From assembly GCA_014584375.1 (NCBI GenBank), contig JACTMZ010000143.1:1-43517 (forward strand): a stretch of 43,517 nt of DNA. The letters are read 5' to 3'. A program made the translations under genes and the position numbers. This stretch comes from Verrucomicrobiota bacterium. Its GTDB lineage: Bacteria; Verrucomicrobiota; Verrucomicrobiia; Chthoniobacterales; JACTMZ01. Within the stretch, counting starts at the first letter, position 1, and every line of letters begins with the position of its first letter. Of this stretch, positions 8,516 to 16,808 are shown one piece after another. The notes beneath the pieces were generated by a model, which made no database searches, was not told the origin of the DNA, and saw nothing but the letters and a program-made list of their open reading frames with translations.

Positions 8516-9247
8516 ATGCGACTCAACCGCTATCTCGCCATGTGCGGAATGGGTTCCCGCCGTGCCTGCGAGCAAATCATACTCGACGGCGACGTTGTTC
8601 TCAATGGACGTCCGGTCAGCGACCTGTCCATCCGTGTGGAGTCCGGAGACAGCGTGCGTGTACGCGGGCGCGAAATGCGTCCCGCCGCAATTCGCTTCCT
8701 GGTTTTTCACAAACCCGCTGGCTGCCTGAGTTCGCGGGTTTCCCAGGGAGGCAAGCCCACGGTCTATGATTTTCTCCCCGACAATGCCGCAACGCTCGCC
8801 CATGTGGGGCGTTTGGACGCCGAAAGCGAAGGCCTTTTGCTGCTGACCAACGATGGCAAGCTGACGCAGGAACTCACACATCCCTCACGTCATGTGGAAA
8901 AAGAATACGAGGTGATTTTGGACAGGACGTTTGACGCACAGCATATTCCCCGGCTTCTCAAGGGCGTTTATCTGGAGGAGGGGAGGGCAAGGGCGGCGCA
9001 CATTCACATCGAGGCGCCGAACAAACTGCGCGTTGTTCTCACCCAGGGAATCAACCGGCAGATTCGCCGCATGTTTGCCGCTCTGGGTTACAAAGTGAAG
9101 CGCCTCACGCGCGTGAGAATCGCCACCCTGCGGCTCGGGCGCCTGGCGCGCGGTGCCTGGCGCGAACTGACGGCAAAGGAAACCGCCGCACTTCGGGAAT
9201 CGGCGGCATCACTGAAAACAAAATCCCGCCGAAAGTCGGCGCGTTGA
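8516..9247 (+). CDS. pseudouridine synthase, RsuA/RluB family, with N-terminal S4 domain
   Basis: S4 domain MRLNRYLAMCGMGSRRACEQIILDG, catalytic-Asp motif GRLDAESEGLLLLTNDG and INRQIRRM. The ORF opens with TTG 8471; ATG 8516 gives the canonical N-terminus. Confidence 0.85.
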   Translation: MRLNRYLAMCGMGSRRACEQIILDGDVVLNGRPVSDLSIRVESGDSVRVRGREMRPAAIRFLVFHKPAGCLSSRVSQGGKPTVYDFLPDNAATLAHVGRLDAESEGLLLLTNDGKLTQELTHPSRHVEKEYEVILDRTFDAQHIPRLLKGVYLEEGRARAAHIHIEAPNKLRVVLTQGINRQIRRMFAALGYKVKRLTRVRIATLRLGRLARGAWRELTAKETAALRESAASLKTKSRRKSAR

Positions 9248-9254
9248 TTTTTCC

Positions 9255-9277
9255 GTCCGCATCATTATGATGCGGAC
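9255..9277. repeat. 23-nt perfect palindrome abutting the RidA start codon
   Basis: GTCCGCATCAT-T-ATGATGCGGAC, with 11-nt arms. The next base is the A of the ridA ATG (9278). A T-run precedes the palindrome and no U-tract follows on either strand. Confidence 0.7.
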
Positions 9278-10057
9278 ATGATCAAGCGCATCACTTCCAT
9301 TCCTGGCGGCCCTTCGGCCATCGGCCCCTATTCCCTCGCCGTCGCCGCCGAAGGGGCATTTTTATTCGTTTCTGGCATGACTCCCATGGATCCCGCGACA
9401 GGAAAAATGAGCGACGGCCCGATAGCCGAGCAAACACGGTTGACGCTTGGAAACATGCGCAAGGTCATTGAAGGCGCGGGTGCTTCCGTCGCCGATGTGG
9501 TCAGTTGCCGTATTTATCTGGCGCAATTGACAGAGAAAAACTTTGCGGAAATGAACAAGGTCTATGCGGAATTTTTCGGCGATCATGCTCCGGCGCGTGC
9601 GACTGTGGGCGCACAGCTCCTCAACATGGGCGTTGAGATTGAATGCGTCGTTCGTCTGCCGTCTGTCCAATTCAACCACGAGCCATTGAGTCACCTCGGG
9701 ATCCATGGCGGCGATGATCCCGCGAATGTCATTTTTACCGGAACCCACCGCAAGCATGGCAGCGCTTGGGGAACCCGGAACAATCTCGATGTCTCCGGTT
9801 TTCTCATTAAGAGCCGTAACGGGGCGGGTAAGCGGGCCGTCCTTGATGTGCAAAAGCGGGGAGCGTGCGGCGAATCGGCGCATCATTTCCGGCGCCGAGT
9901 TTTCCCCGTAATTCGCGGCCCAATACGTGTCGAGTTCGAAGGAAACAGCCGGACACAGCTCCGCAAAAATCTCGTGCTTGATTCGCCCGTCGAGCTTCTC
10001 AAATTCCCACGCGTGATTGTGAATTGCCAAGGTCAGTCCCGCCGTCGCCAAAGCTGA
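9278..10057 (+). CDS. ridA: RidA/YjgF family reactive-intermediate deaminase (recognisable domain is about 9278..9660; the ORF has no stop until 10057)
   Basis: GPYSLAVAAEGAFLFVSG, RIYL...MNKVYAEFF and ARATVGAQLLNMGVEIECVV match RidA over about 127 codons. The remaining ~130 codons are antisense to the neighbouring TIM-barrel gene and look non-genic. The true 3' end is unresolved. Confidence 0.65.
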   Translation: MIKRITSIPGGPSAIGPYSLAVAAEGAFLFVSGMTPMDPATGKMSDGPIAEQTRLTLGNMRKVIEGAGASVADVVSCRIYLAQLTEKNFAEMNKVYAEFFGDHAPARATVGAQLLNMGVEIECVVRLPSVQFNHEPLSHLGIHGGDDPANVIFTGTHRKHGSAWGTRNNLDVSGFLIKSRNGAGKRAVLDVQKRGACGESAHHFRRRVFPVIRGPIRVEFEGNSRTQLRKNLVLDSPVELLKFPRVIVNCQGQSRRRQS

Positions 10058-10405
10058 ATGTATTTTGGCCGCCCTGTCCGCAGTGCGCCGGATTGCCTCC
10101 CCATCCGCAAAATCCTGGGCACCCCAACCGGCCACCACAAAAGTCACTCCCAACTCGCCGGCTGCGTCCACCACCTCCGAAATATTGTCCTCCCGCACCC
10201 AGGGACTGTGCGTCGAGGAAACAACCATTCCCAAATCCTCCGTAAACTTTCGGAAATCGCGCGGTGTGAAATTAAAAAATCCGGCCGGCTCGACCCCCTT
10301 GTAACCCATCTCGGCCACGCGGCGCAAAACGGACGGAAAATCCTTCGCAGCCGCCTCACGAAGGGTGTAAAGCTGCAGGGAAATGGGCTTGGGTTGTTGG
10401 CTCAT
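9362..10405 (-). CDS. sugar phosphate isomerase/epimerase (xylose isomerase-like TIM barrel)
   Basis: SLQLYTLRE, MGYKGVE, LAIHNHAWEF, ELDTYW and LHIKD...WLVVELD motifs. After VVELD (about 9670) the ORF runs antisense through the RidA coding region to a stop at 9362, so the last ~100 codons are doubtful. Confidence 0.78.
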   Translation of the reverse strand: MSQQPKPISLQLYTLREAAAKDFPSVLRRVAEMGYKGVEPAGFFNFTPRDFRKFTEDLGMVVSSTHSPWVREDNISEVVDAAGELGVTFVVAGWGAQDFADGEAIRRTADRAAKIHSALATAGLTLAIHNHAWEFEKLDGRIKHEIFAELCPAVSFELDTYWAANYGENSAPEMMRRFAARSPLLHIKDGPLTRPVTALNEKTGDIEIVPGSPSAAMLAVGSGKNDIRGIIAAMDPEVTQWLVVELDRRQTNDAFNLNAHVEELCAHSRTRRSMIAEKFRIDLVHFRKVFLCQLRQINTATDHIGDGSTRAFNDLAHVSKRQPCLLGYRAVAHFSCRGIHGSHARNE

Positions 10406-10442
10406 AATTGATTCTTTCTCTTTGGGTGAATTTTTGGCTGAC

Positions 10443-10471
10443 TTGAAAAACCCAAGTTAATATTGAAAAAC
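10443..10471. promoter_or_regulatory. direct repeat TTGAAAAAC x2 (20-bp register) in the divergent isomerase/AraC intergenic region
   Basis: TTGAAAAAC occurs at 10443..10451 and 10463..10471. An inverted GAAAAC copy lies at about 10489..10494. Direct repeats two helical turns apart are typical of AraC-family operators. Confidence 0.3.
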
Positions 10472-10506
10472 AGACTGCTTCAATTGACGTTTTCCATGAT
10501 TTCTTG

Positions 10507-11343
10507 ATGAAAACAAAGCGAAGTATTTCCCGTCATTTCGTAACGTCCCGCCTTTGTTTGGATCACGTTTCCCATTACAAGGCGCCTCCGGTCGCCGCCG
10601 TTTCACCGCACACCGTCGAGAGGCACATGCAACTGGTGGAAATTGTGATGGGAGGAACGGTTTGGTTTCGTTCCGGCAAAACGGATCTCAAGCTGGGCTG
10701 CGGCGCGCTGTTTTGGCACATCGCCGGTGAAAAAACGATTCACCGCACGGAACCCACTGCGCCCTATGAATGCCTCGCCCTGCGTTTTTTCGAATCACCA
10801 GGCGGTTGCCCGGAGCCACGCCCGCCACGGCTGACCGTCATCGCCGACCGTCACCGCACCCTTGAGTTGTGTGCTGAACTTTTACGCTCGTTTCATGATC
10901 CGTCCGTGGAGCGGCAGGCCTTGAGCCACTATGCGGAGGCGCGTTTGCTTTGGGAGGTACATCTGGGGCGCATGAGATCGTCCGAATCTCCGCCCGCTTC
11001 ATTGGAAAAGGCGTGCGATTTGATTGAAAAACATTTTGGCCATGTCGGGCTTGGTGTTGCGGAGATTGCGCGGACGGCGGGAATCAGCGAACCCCATCTT
11101 CACTTCCTCTTTCAAAAATTTCTCAAAAAAACGCCGCATCAATTTTTGACGGATCGCCGAATGCGGGAGGCCAGGCTGCTGCTGTCCGGCTCCGCACAGG
11201 CCATCAAAAAAATTTCCGCGTCCTGCGGATTTCTCAACATCGAGACATTCTACCGCGTTTTTTCAAAACACACGGGTGTTACGCCGAATCGTTTCCGTCG
11301 AACACACGGTCATCCAATGATGTTTGCCAGGGCGGCGGATTAA
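10507..11343 (+). CDS. AraC family transcriptional regulator
   Basis: C-terminal double HTH (IARTAGISEPHLHFLFQKFLKKTPHQFLTDRRMREARLLL ... IETFYRVFSKHTGVTPNRFR) and an N-terminal cupin-like sensor region. TTG 10504 or ATG 10507 could be the start. Confidence 0.85.
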   Translation: MKTKRSISRHFVTSRLCLDHVSHYKAPPVAAVSPHTVERHMQLVEIVMGGTVWFRSGKTDLKLGCGALFWHIAGEKTIHRTEPTAPYECLALRFFESPGGCPEPRPPRLTVIADRHRTLELCAELLRSFHDPSVERQALSHYAEARLLWEVHLGRMRSSESPPASLEKACDLIEKHFGHVGLGVAEIARTAGISEPHLHFLFQKFLKKTPHQFLTDRRMREARLLLSGSAQAIKKISASCGFLNIETFYRVFSKHTGVTPNRFRRTHGHPMMFARAAD

Positions 11344-11597
11344 GGCATTCCTTTTCGCAGCGGATCAAACGCGTGATCGGCGCCCTGTCGTTTGGCTTCA
11401 AGAACGATTTGCAAAAGGCGTCCGAGATCCCCCGAAGGCCAGCCCCTGTGCTCAAACCAACAAAGATATTCCGCCGGCAGATTGTAAAGCGGACGGCCTT
11501 GAAAGCGCCCAAACGGCATTGTCCATGTACGCAGCTTCTCCCAGTCGGCGGCGGCATCGCCCAATGCCGTGAACGCGCATTTTTCGTCGCGGCTCAT
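11340..11597 (-). CDS. DUF3820 family protein
   Basis: MPFGRFQGRPLYNLPAEYLCWFEHRGWPSGDLGRLLQIVLE matches the DUF3820 pattern (MPFGKYKG.PL.DLP..YL.WF...GFP.G.LG). The start overlaps the lepA stop in an ATGA. Confidence 0.7.
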   Translation of the reverse strand: MSRDEKCAFTALGDAAADWEKLRTWTMPFGRFQGRPLYNLPAEYLCWFEHRGWPSGDLGRLLQIVLEAKRQGADHAFDPLRKGMP

Positions 11598-13381
11598 CCC
11601 GCCTTGAGAACCTCAATGAAGGCCTCCTGCGGAATATTGACGCGGCCAATACTTTTCATCCGCTTCTTGCCCTCCTTTTGCTTTTCCAGAAGTTTGCGTT
11701 TGCGGGTGATGTCACCACCATAGCATTTGGCGGTGACATTTTTGCGCATGGCGCTGACGGATTCACGGGCGATGATTTTCCCGCCGATGGCGGCCTGGAT
11801 GGCGACTTGAAACATCTGCTTGGGAATTACATCACGCAATTTTGCGGCCAAAAGACGTCCGCGCGCCTCGGCCTTGGTGCGGTGAACGATGGAGGAAAAG
11901 GCATCAACCGGCTCGCCATTGACGAGCATGTCGAGTTTTACGAGGCCGGCTTTGCGATAGCCATCCTGTTCATAATCCATCGAGCCGTAACCACGCGTGA
12001 TGCTTTTAATTTTGTCATTAAAATCCACGAGGATTTCATTGAGGGGGATGATGGCGGTGAGCATGACGCGGCGCGAGTCGAGGGATTCGGTGTGTTCGAC
12101 AAGGCCCCGGCGATCGAGAATGAGCTGCATCATGTCGCCAATGTTTTCATTGGGAACGAGGACAAAACATTTCACGACAGGCTCGCGGATTTCCTCAATG
12201 ACGCTCGGGTCGGGCAGATGCGCGGGATTGTCCACCTCGATCAGCTCCCCATTGGTCCTGAGCACCTGATAAACCACGCTGGGATACGTGGCGATGATGT
12301 CCATGTTGTATTCCCGGCGCAGGCGCTCCTGGATGATTTCCATGTGGAGAAGCCCGAGAAATCCACAGCGAAAGCCGAAGCCGAGGGCGACGGAGGTTTC
12401 GGATTGAAAGACAAAGGCGGCGTCGTTGATCTGCAGCTTTTGCATGGCGGCCTTCAGATGTTCAAAGTCAGCAGTATTGATCGGATAAATCCCGCTGAAG
12501 ACCATGGGGTGAATTTCCTGAAAGCCGGGGAGGGGATTCTTGGCCGGACGCGCGGCGTCGGTAAGAGTGTCACCGATTTTGATTTCCGCCGTGGTTTTGA
12601 TGTTGGCGATAAAATAGCCAACGTCACCGGCGACGAGTTTGCGGCGCGCCGACATTCCAGGTGTAAAAACGCCGACATCCTTGATCTCGTAATTTTTCCC
12701 CGTGCTCATGAGCTTCACGGTTTCCCCCGGCGTCGCTTCGCCGGAAAAAATGCGCAGATAGCCGACGACGCCGCGATAGATGTCAAACACGGAATCAAAA
12801 ACCAGGCCGCGCAAAATTTTGTCACCTTCGGGCGGAGGCGGAATTCGGCGGACAATCGCCTCAAGAATATCCTCAATGCCGACGCCTGATTTTGCGCTGG
12901 CCAGAACCGCCTCATCGGCGGGAATTGCCAGAATGTCCTCAAGCTGTTTTTTGACCGTCGGAATATCGGCGTTCGGCAGATCAATCTTGTTGATCACCGG
13001 AATGATGGTGAGGTTCTGTTTCAGCGCGAGGTGAACATTGGCCACGGTCTGCGCTTCCACTCCCTGGGCGGCGTCCACAATGAGCAGGGCGCCTTCGCAG
13101 GCGGCGAGACTGCGTGAAACTTCGTAGGCGAAATCCACATGGCCCGGCGTGTCGAGAAGATTCAGCTTGTAATCCTCTCCGTCCTGCGCCCGATAGGTCA
13201 TCGTCACCGGATGAGCCTTGATCGTAATGCCACGCTCGCGTTCGAGATCCATGGAATCAAGCAGTTGATCCTGCTTTTCCCGCTCCGAAATTGTTCGTGT
13301 GCTCTCCAACAGGCGGTCGGAAAGCGTGGTTTTCCCATGGTCAATATGGGCGATAATGCAAAAATTGCGCGTGTTACGCAT
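11594..13381 (-). CDS. lepA: translation elongation factor 4
   Basis: NFCIIAHIDHGKTTLSDRLL, DTPGHVDF, NKIDL and the conserved LepA C-terminal domain. The ORF opens at 13474, but ATG 13381 (MRNTRNFCIIAH) gives the canonical N-terminus. Confidence 0.95.
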   Translation of the reverse strand: MRNTRNFCIIAHIDHGKTTLSDRLLESTRTISEREKQDQLLDSMDLERERGITIKAHPVTMTYRAQDGEDYKLNLLDTPGHVDFAYEVSRSLAACEGALLIVDAAQGVEAQTVANVHLALKQNLTIIPVINKIDLPNADIPTVKKQLEDILAIPADEAVLASAKSGVGIEDILEAIVRRIPPPPEGDKILRGLVFDSVFDIYRGVVGYLRIFSGEATPGETVKLMSTGKNYEIKDVGVFTPGMSARRKLVAGDVGYFIANIKTTAEIKIGDTLTDAARPAKNPLPGFQEIHPMVFSGIYPINTADFEHLKAAMQKLQINDAAFVFQSETSVALGFGFRCGFLGLLHMEIIQERLRREYNMDIIATYPSVVYQVLRTNGELIEVDNPAHLPDPSVIEEIREPVVKCFVLVPNENIGDMMQLILDRRGLVEHTESLDSRRVMLTAIIPLNEILVDFNDKIKSITRGYGSMDYEQDGYRKAGLVKLDMLVNGEPVDAFSSIVHRTKAEARGRLLAAKLRDVIPKQMFQVAIQAAIGGKIIARESVSAMRKNVTAKCYGGDITRKRKLLEKQKEGKKRMKSIGRVNIPQEAFIEVLKAG

Positions 13382-13485
13382 AGTGTTGAGTGGCTCACTA
13401 TCTGTGAGTCGGGCTTGTCGGTCAAACTCTGCACGCAAATCCGAACTTTCTTTTCGCGGACTGAAAACGGGCACATCATGGCATC

Positions 13486-13983
13486 ATGAATAGGAGTGGA
13501 ATGCTGAAAGTCCTGTTTATGGCGGGCGTTGTGTTCATCGCTCTGGCTTTGCCAATCTCCCTCCTGGTGATCGGCGGTGGCAAAATGTGGAGGGAACGCA
13601 ACGCATCACCGCCGTTGCCGGCGGAGGTTGCCGACTCACTGCGCGCATCGGCGGAACGGGCAGCCAATGCGGCGCTTCCCACTCCAACGCTTGGCAATGA
13701 AAGGCTGACGGTGGAATGCCCGCCGGAGCGGGTTGAAATTGAGGTGCGAAGAATTGTCAAACTGACGCGAAACGTCGGTGGTGCGGCCTCCCTGTGGAGG
13801 GATGCTTCCGCAACTCGGGTTCTCGCAAACATCCCCGAGTCCACCGAAGAAGCGTTTCGTCAAGCTGTCCGCGACGGCACCGAGGATCTTGCGGCAGCGG
13901 GATCTCCGATTCCCACGGTGATTGTGAATGTGTTGATACAAGCGCCCTCCGCAAAAGTGAAAGCCAACAATCCCCGACGTTGA
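13486..13983 (+). CDS. hypothetical membrane-anchored protein
   Basis: A single N-terminal TM/signal-anchor (LKVLFMAGVVFIALALPISLLVIGG) and a soluble ~130-aa domain. No family recognised. Confidence 0.5.
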   Translation: MNRSGMLKVLFMAGVVFIALALPISLLVIGGGKMWRERNASPPLPAEVADSLRASAERAANAALPTPTLGNERLTVECPPERVEIEVRRIVKLTRNVGGAASLWRDASATRVLANIPESTEEAFRQAVRDGTEDLAAAGSPIPTVIVNVLIQAPSAKVKANNPRR

Positions 13984-14079
13984 CATCCGCAAACAAATTG
14001 CGGGAAGGCGGAAGATTTTGAAGTTCGGATTGCCTCCGGCGGATTTTTATCATTGTCTCACCGGGCGGCGCCACAATCC

Positions 14080-16035
14080 ATGACACAGCCACTTCCCGAC
14101 AAACGCATTTACGATCGTGCAAAAAACATCGCCGATCTTTACCGGCTTGCGTCGGAGAATTATGCAGAGAGGCCGGCCATCGGGTGGCGGGAAAATTCCA
14201 AAGAAAATTTTAAAACCCAAACCTACCGGGAGCTTTTTGACGACGCCTGCGCGTTGGCGACGGCTCTTATTGAACTTGGTCTGGGGCAACGCGAGCATGT
14301 TGCGCTTCTTGCGGACAATCGTCGCGAATGGATGCTGTGCGATTGCGCGGTGTTGCTGTGCGGCTGCGCCGATGTTCCGAGGGCGGCGGATGTAACCGAT
14401 CAGGAAATCACTTACATCGTCGGTCACAGCGATTCCACGATGGTCATTGTCGAGAACAACGCCGTATTGGAACGTGTTTTGGCCGCGCGGGATTATTTGC
14501 CGAAAGTCCGGCACATTATTTTAATGGAAGGCGAACCTCCCGCAGGCTCCGGGGTGCTGCGGCTCGGCGATTTATTGGATCGCGGGAAAATTCTCCGGGA
14601 GTCCGGAGATCGCACGGTGGAGGAGCGAACGGCGGACATTCGGGGCGATGATTATTTCACCCTTATTTACACATCCGGAACGACGGGCGAGCCCAAGGGC
14701 GTGGCGCTCACGCATGACAACATGCTTTCGCAGGTGCGCAACATTCCCTTCAATCTTTATCCCCACGACCGCGTGCTTTCGATCCTTCCCGTTTGGCACA
14801 GCTATGAACGCGTTTTTGAAATGGTTTCCGTCAGTCGCGGCGTTTGCACTTATTACACATCCGTCCGCTCGATTGCGGATGATTTGCAAAAGGTTCGTCC
14901 CACATTCATGGCTTCCGCGCCGCGACTATGGGAGGGCCTTTATGCGCGCATCCTGCAGAAGGCGCGTTCGGGAACCTTCATCCAGAGGTTTCTATTTCAC
15001 ACCGCCTATCATTGTTCGCGGGAATACCAGAGCGCGCGTTTTTTCCTCGCCGGGCAGCTTATGGATCTTCACGGACGCACCCGGCGCGAATCGCTGCGGC
15101 TGGCCCTGAAAAGTGTCGTCAGATTGGCCGTCTATGGAATTCCCTATGCCCTGCTTGACGGCCTTGTTCTCAAAAAACTGCGTGCGGTGGTCGGCGGAGA
15201 ATTTTGCGGAACAGTTTCCGGGGGAGGGGCTCTGCCGCCACATGTGGATGAATTTTTCAATTACATCGGCATTCCTGTTTTGGAAGGATACGGCATGACG
15301 GAAACCTCCCCCGTGCTGGCCGTGCGCACGTTTGAGCGGCGCATCATGGGAACCGTCGGCCCAATTTGGCCGGAAACCCAAATCCGCATTGTGGAGCCCG
15401 GTTCGGGCAAAATTTTATATCCCTCCAAATCATTGCGAAGCAAGGGGAGGGGCCTTAAGGGGGAAATCCATGCCAAGGGTCCGCAGGTCATGCACGGCTA
15501 TTACAAAAATCCGGAAGCGACGCGGGCGGTGTTGCGGGACGGATGGATGAACACCGGGGATTTGGGAATGATGACATTCAACAATTGCCTGAAAATCCTC
15601 GGGCGCACCAAGGAAACGATTGTGTTGCTCAACGGCGAAAACGTGGAGCCTCAGCCGATTGAATCGCGCCTCTTGGAATCACGTTTTATCGAGCAGTGCA
15701 TGGTGGTCGGGCAGGACGAAAAACATCTGGGTGCCCTCATTGTTCCCTGTCTTTCCGCACTTCAGCAACAGGGCTTTGTGGCTCCCACATTGGAAGCAGC
15801 CGTGGCGGATGAGGCGATTCAGCGGCTGATCGGCACCGAGGTGCGCCGTCTGGTCAGCCGCGAACAAGGATTTAAGCCGTTTGAAACAATTCAGGAATGG
15901 CGTTTCGTCACAAAGCCCTTTGAGGTTGGTGATGAATTGACCAGCACATTCAAACCCAAGCGGCATGTGATCACCGAGAAATACGAAAATTTGATCGGTG
16001 AAATTTACAAGCGCACACGCAGCCCCGGACGTTAA
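14080..16035 (+). CDS. long-chain fatty acid--CoA ligase (AMP-dependent synthetase)
   Basis: YTSGTTGEPKGV (AMP-binding P-loop), GYGMTETSP, TGDLG and the C-terminal KPKR motif. The ORF opens with TTG 14053; the first ATG is at 14080. Confidence 0.85.
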   Translation: MTQPLPDKRIYDRAKNIADLYRLASENYAERPAIGWRENSKENFKTQTYRELFDDACALATALIELGLGQREHVALLADNRREWMLCDCAVLLCGCADVPRAADVTDQEITYIVGHSDSTMVIVENNAVLERVLAARDYLPKVRHIILMEGEPPAGSGVLRLGDLLDRGKILRESGDRTVEERTADIRGDDYFTLIYTSGTTGEPKGVALTHDNMLSQVRNIPFNLYPHDRVLSILPVWHSYERVFEMVSVSRGVCTYYTSVRSIADDLQKVRPTFMASAPRLWEGLYARILQKARSGTFIQRFLFHTAYHCSREYQSARFFLAGQLMDLHGRTRRESLRLALKSVVRLAVYGIPYALLDGLVLKKLRAVVGGEFCGTVSGGGALPPHVDEFFNYIGIPVLEGYGMTETSPVLAVRTFERRIMGTVGPIWPETQIRIVEPGSGKILYPSKSLRSKGRGLKGEIHAKGPQVMHGYYKNPEATRAVLRDGWMNTGDLGMMTFNNCLKILGRTKETIVLLNGENVEPQPIESRLLESRFIEQCMVVGQDEKHLGALIVPCLSALQQQGFVAPTLEAAVADEAIQRLIGTEVRRLVSREQGFKPFETIQEWRFVTKPFEVGDELTSTFKPKRHVITEKYENLIGEIYKRTRSPGR

Positions 16036-16808
16036 CGGGGCGGCAGATGTTCGATGCAGAATTCCTCGCCGGAGGACGTCACGCGGAATTGCAGCTCAGG
16101 GTGCGTCAAGTCGGTGCGTCCACAGGAAGCGCATGTGTGCAAAGCCTCCTCCCAAGGCTCGTCGGCCCGACTTTTTCCTGTATTACCAGAAAGCCGACGA
16201 AGCCGATGAACATCCAAAAACTGCGGAGCGAAAAAAATGAGATAATTGATCATGGAAGCCGCCATGGCCATCTTGGCCGCCGTGGGAATGACAAGAAATT
16301 GCAGTAAAAAAAGCACCGCCAAGATCAAGGCAAGGTATTTGACCTTAATCCGCACAATAAAAAATAGAAAAATCTCGTAATCCGGCACAACCGTCGCAAA
16401 GGCAAAAAACAAAGACAGATTAAGAAAGGTGTTTGACGATCCGCCGCCGAAAAAGAATGCCGCAACGGTGCAGCCGAGCATTCCGGTCAGATAAAAAACA
16501 TTCAGCTTGAGTGATCCCCAAAACTCCTCAAGAGCCACCGCCAGAAACCAGAGAAACAGAAGGGCGAAAACAGCCCAAAATCCCATCACTTCCGGAACAA
16601 AAATATAGGTGACCAAACGCCAAATTTGCCCGGACTTGATTTTCTCCGGATCAAGCATCAGGACATCCCTGTAAGCCGGTTCCAAACTGATAAGCACAAA
16701 AGTAAGTGCGTTCAGCAATACGACCGCCCGAAGCAAACCTGGTGTCCCAAGCCAGGGCAGACGCCGTTCCAGAAAACGCCAAAATCCGCCGTCCTGAACC
16801 GTCATCAT
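16032..16808 (-). CDS. rhomboid-like polytopic membrane protein with C-terminal CxxC...CxxH zinc-ribbon-like tail (possibly non-catalytic)
   Basis: GQIWRLVTYIFV resembles the rhomboid WR loop and GGGSSN sits where GxSG would be. I see no His in the later TM segments. The tail is HTCASCGRTDLTHPELQFRVTSSGEEFCIEH. The start ATGATG at 16808 overlaps the DUF1622 stop; the longer ORF to 17027 overlaps DUF1622. Confidence 0.5.
   Translation of the reverse strand: MMTVQDGGFWRFLERRLPWLGTPGLLRAVVLLNALTFVLISLEPAYRDVLMLDPEKIKSGQIWRLVTYIFVPEVMGFWAVFALLFLWFLAVALEEFWGSLKLNVFYLTGMLGCTVAAFFFGGGSSNTFLNLSLFFAFATVVPDYEIFLFFIVRIKVKYLALILAVLFLLQFLVIPTAAKMAMAASMINYLIFFAPQFLDVHRLRRLSGNTGKSRADEPWEEALHTCASCGRTDLTHPELQFRVTSSGEEFCIEHLPPR

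Noticed and set aside
11678-12889. 403-aa + strand ORF inside lepA
   Set aside because: It is antisense to an unambiguous EF4 gene. Its Gly/Asp/Phe/His-rich low-complexity sequence is typical of a codon-bias shadow ORF.
13987-14003. CCGCAA-ACAAA-TTGCGG hairpin after the 13486..13983 gene as a terminator
   Set aside because: The stem is short with no adjacent U-tract. It may have some function, but the sequence alone does not support a call.
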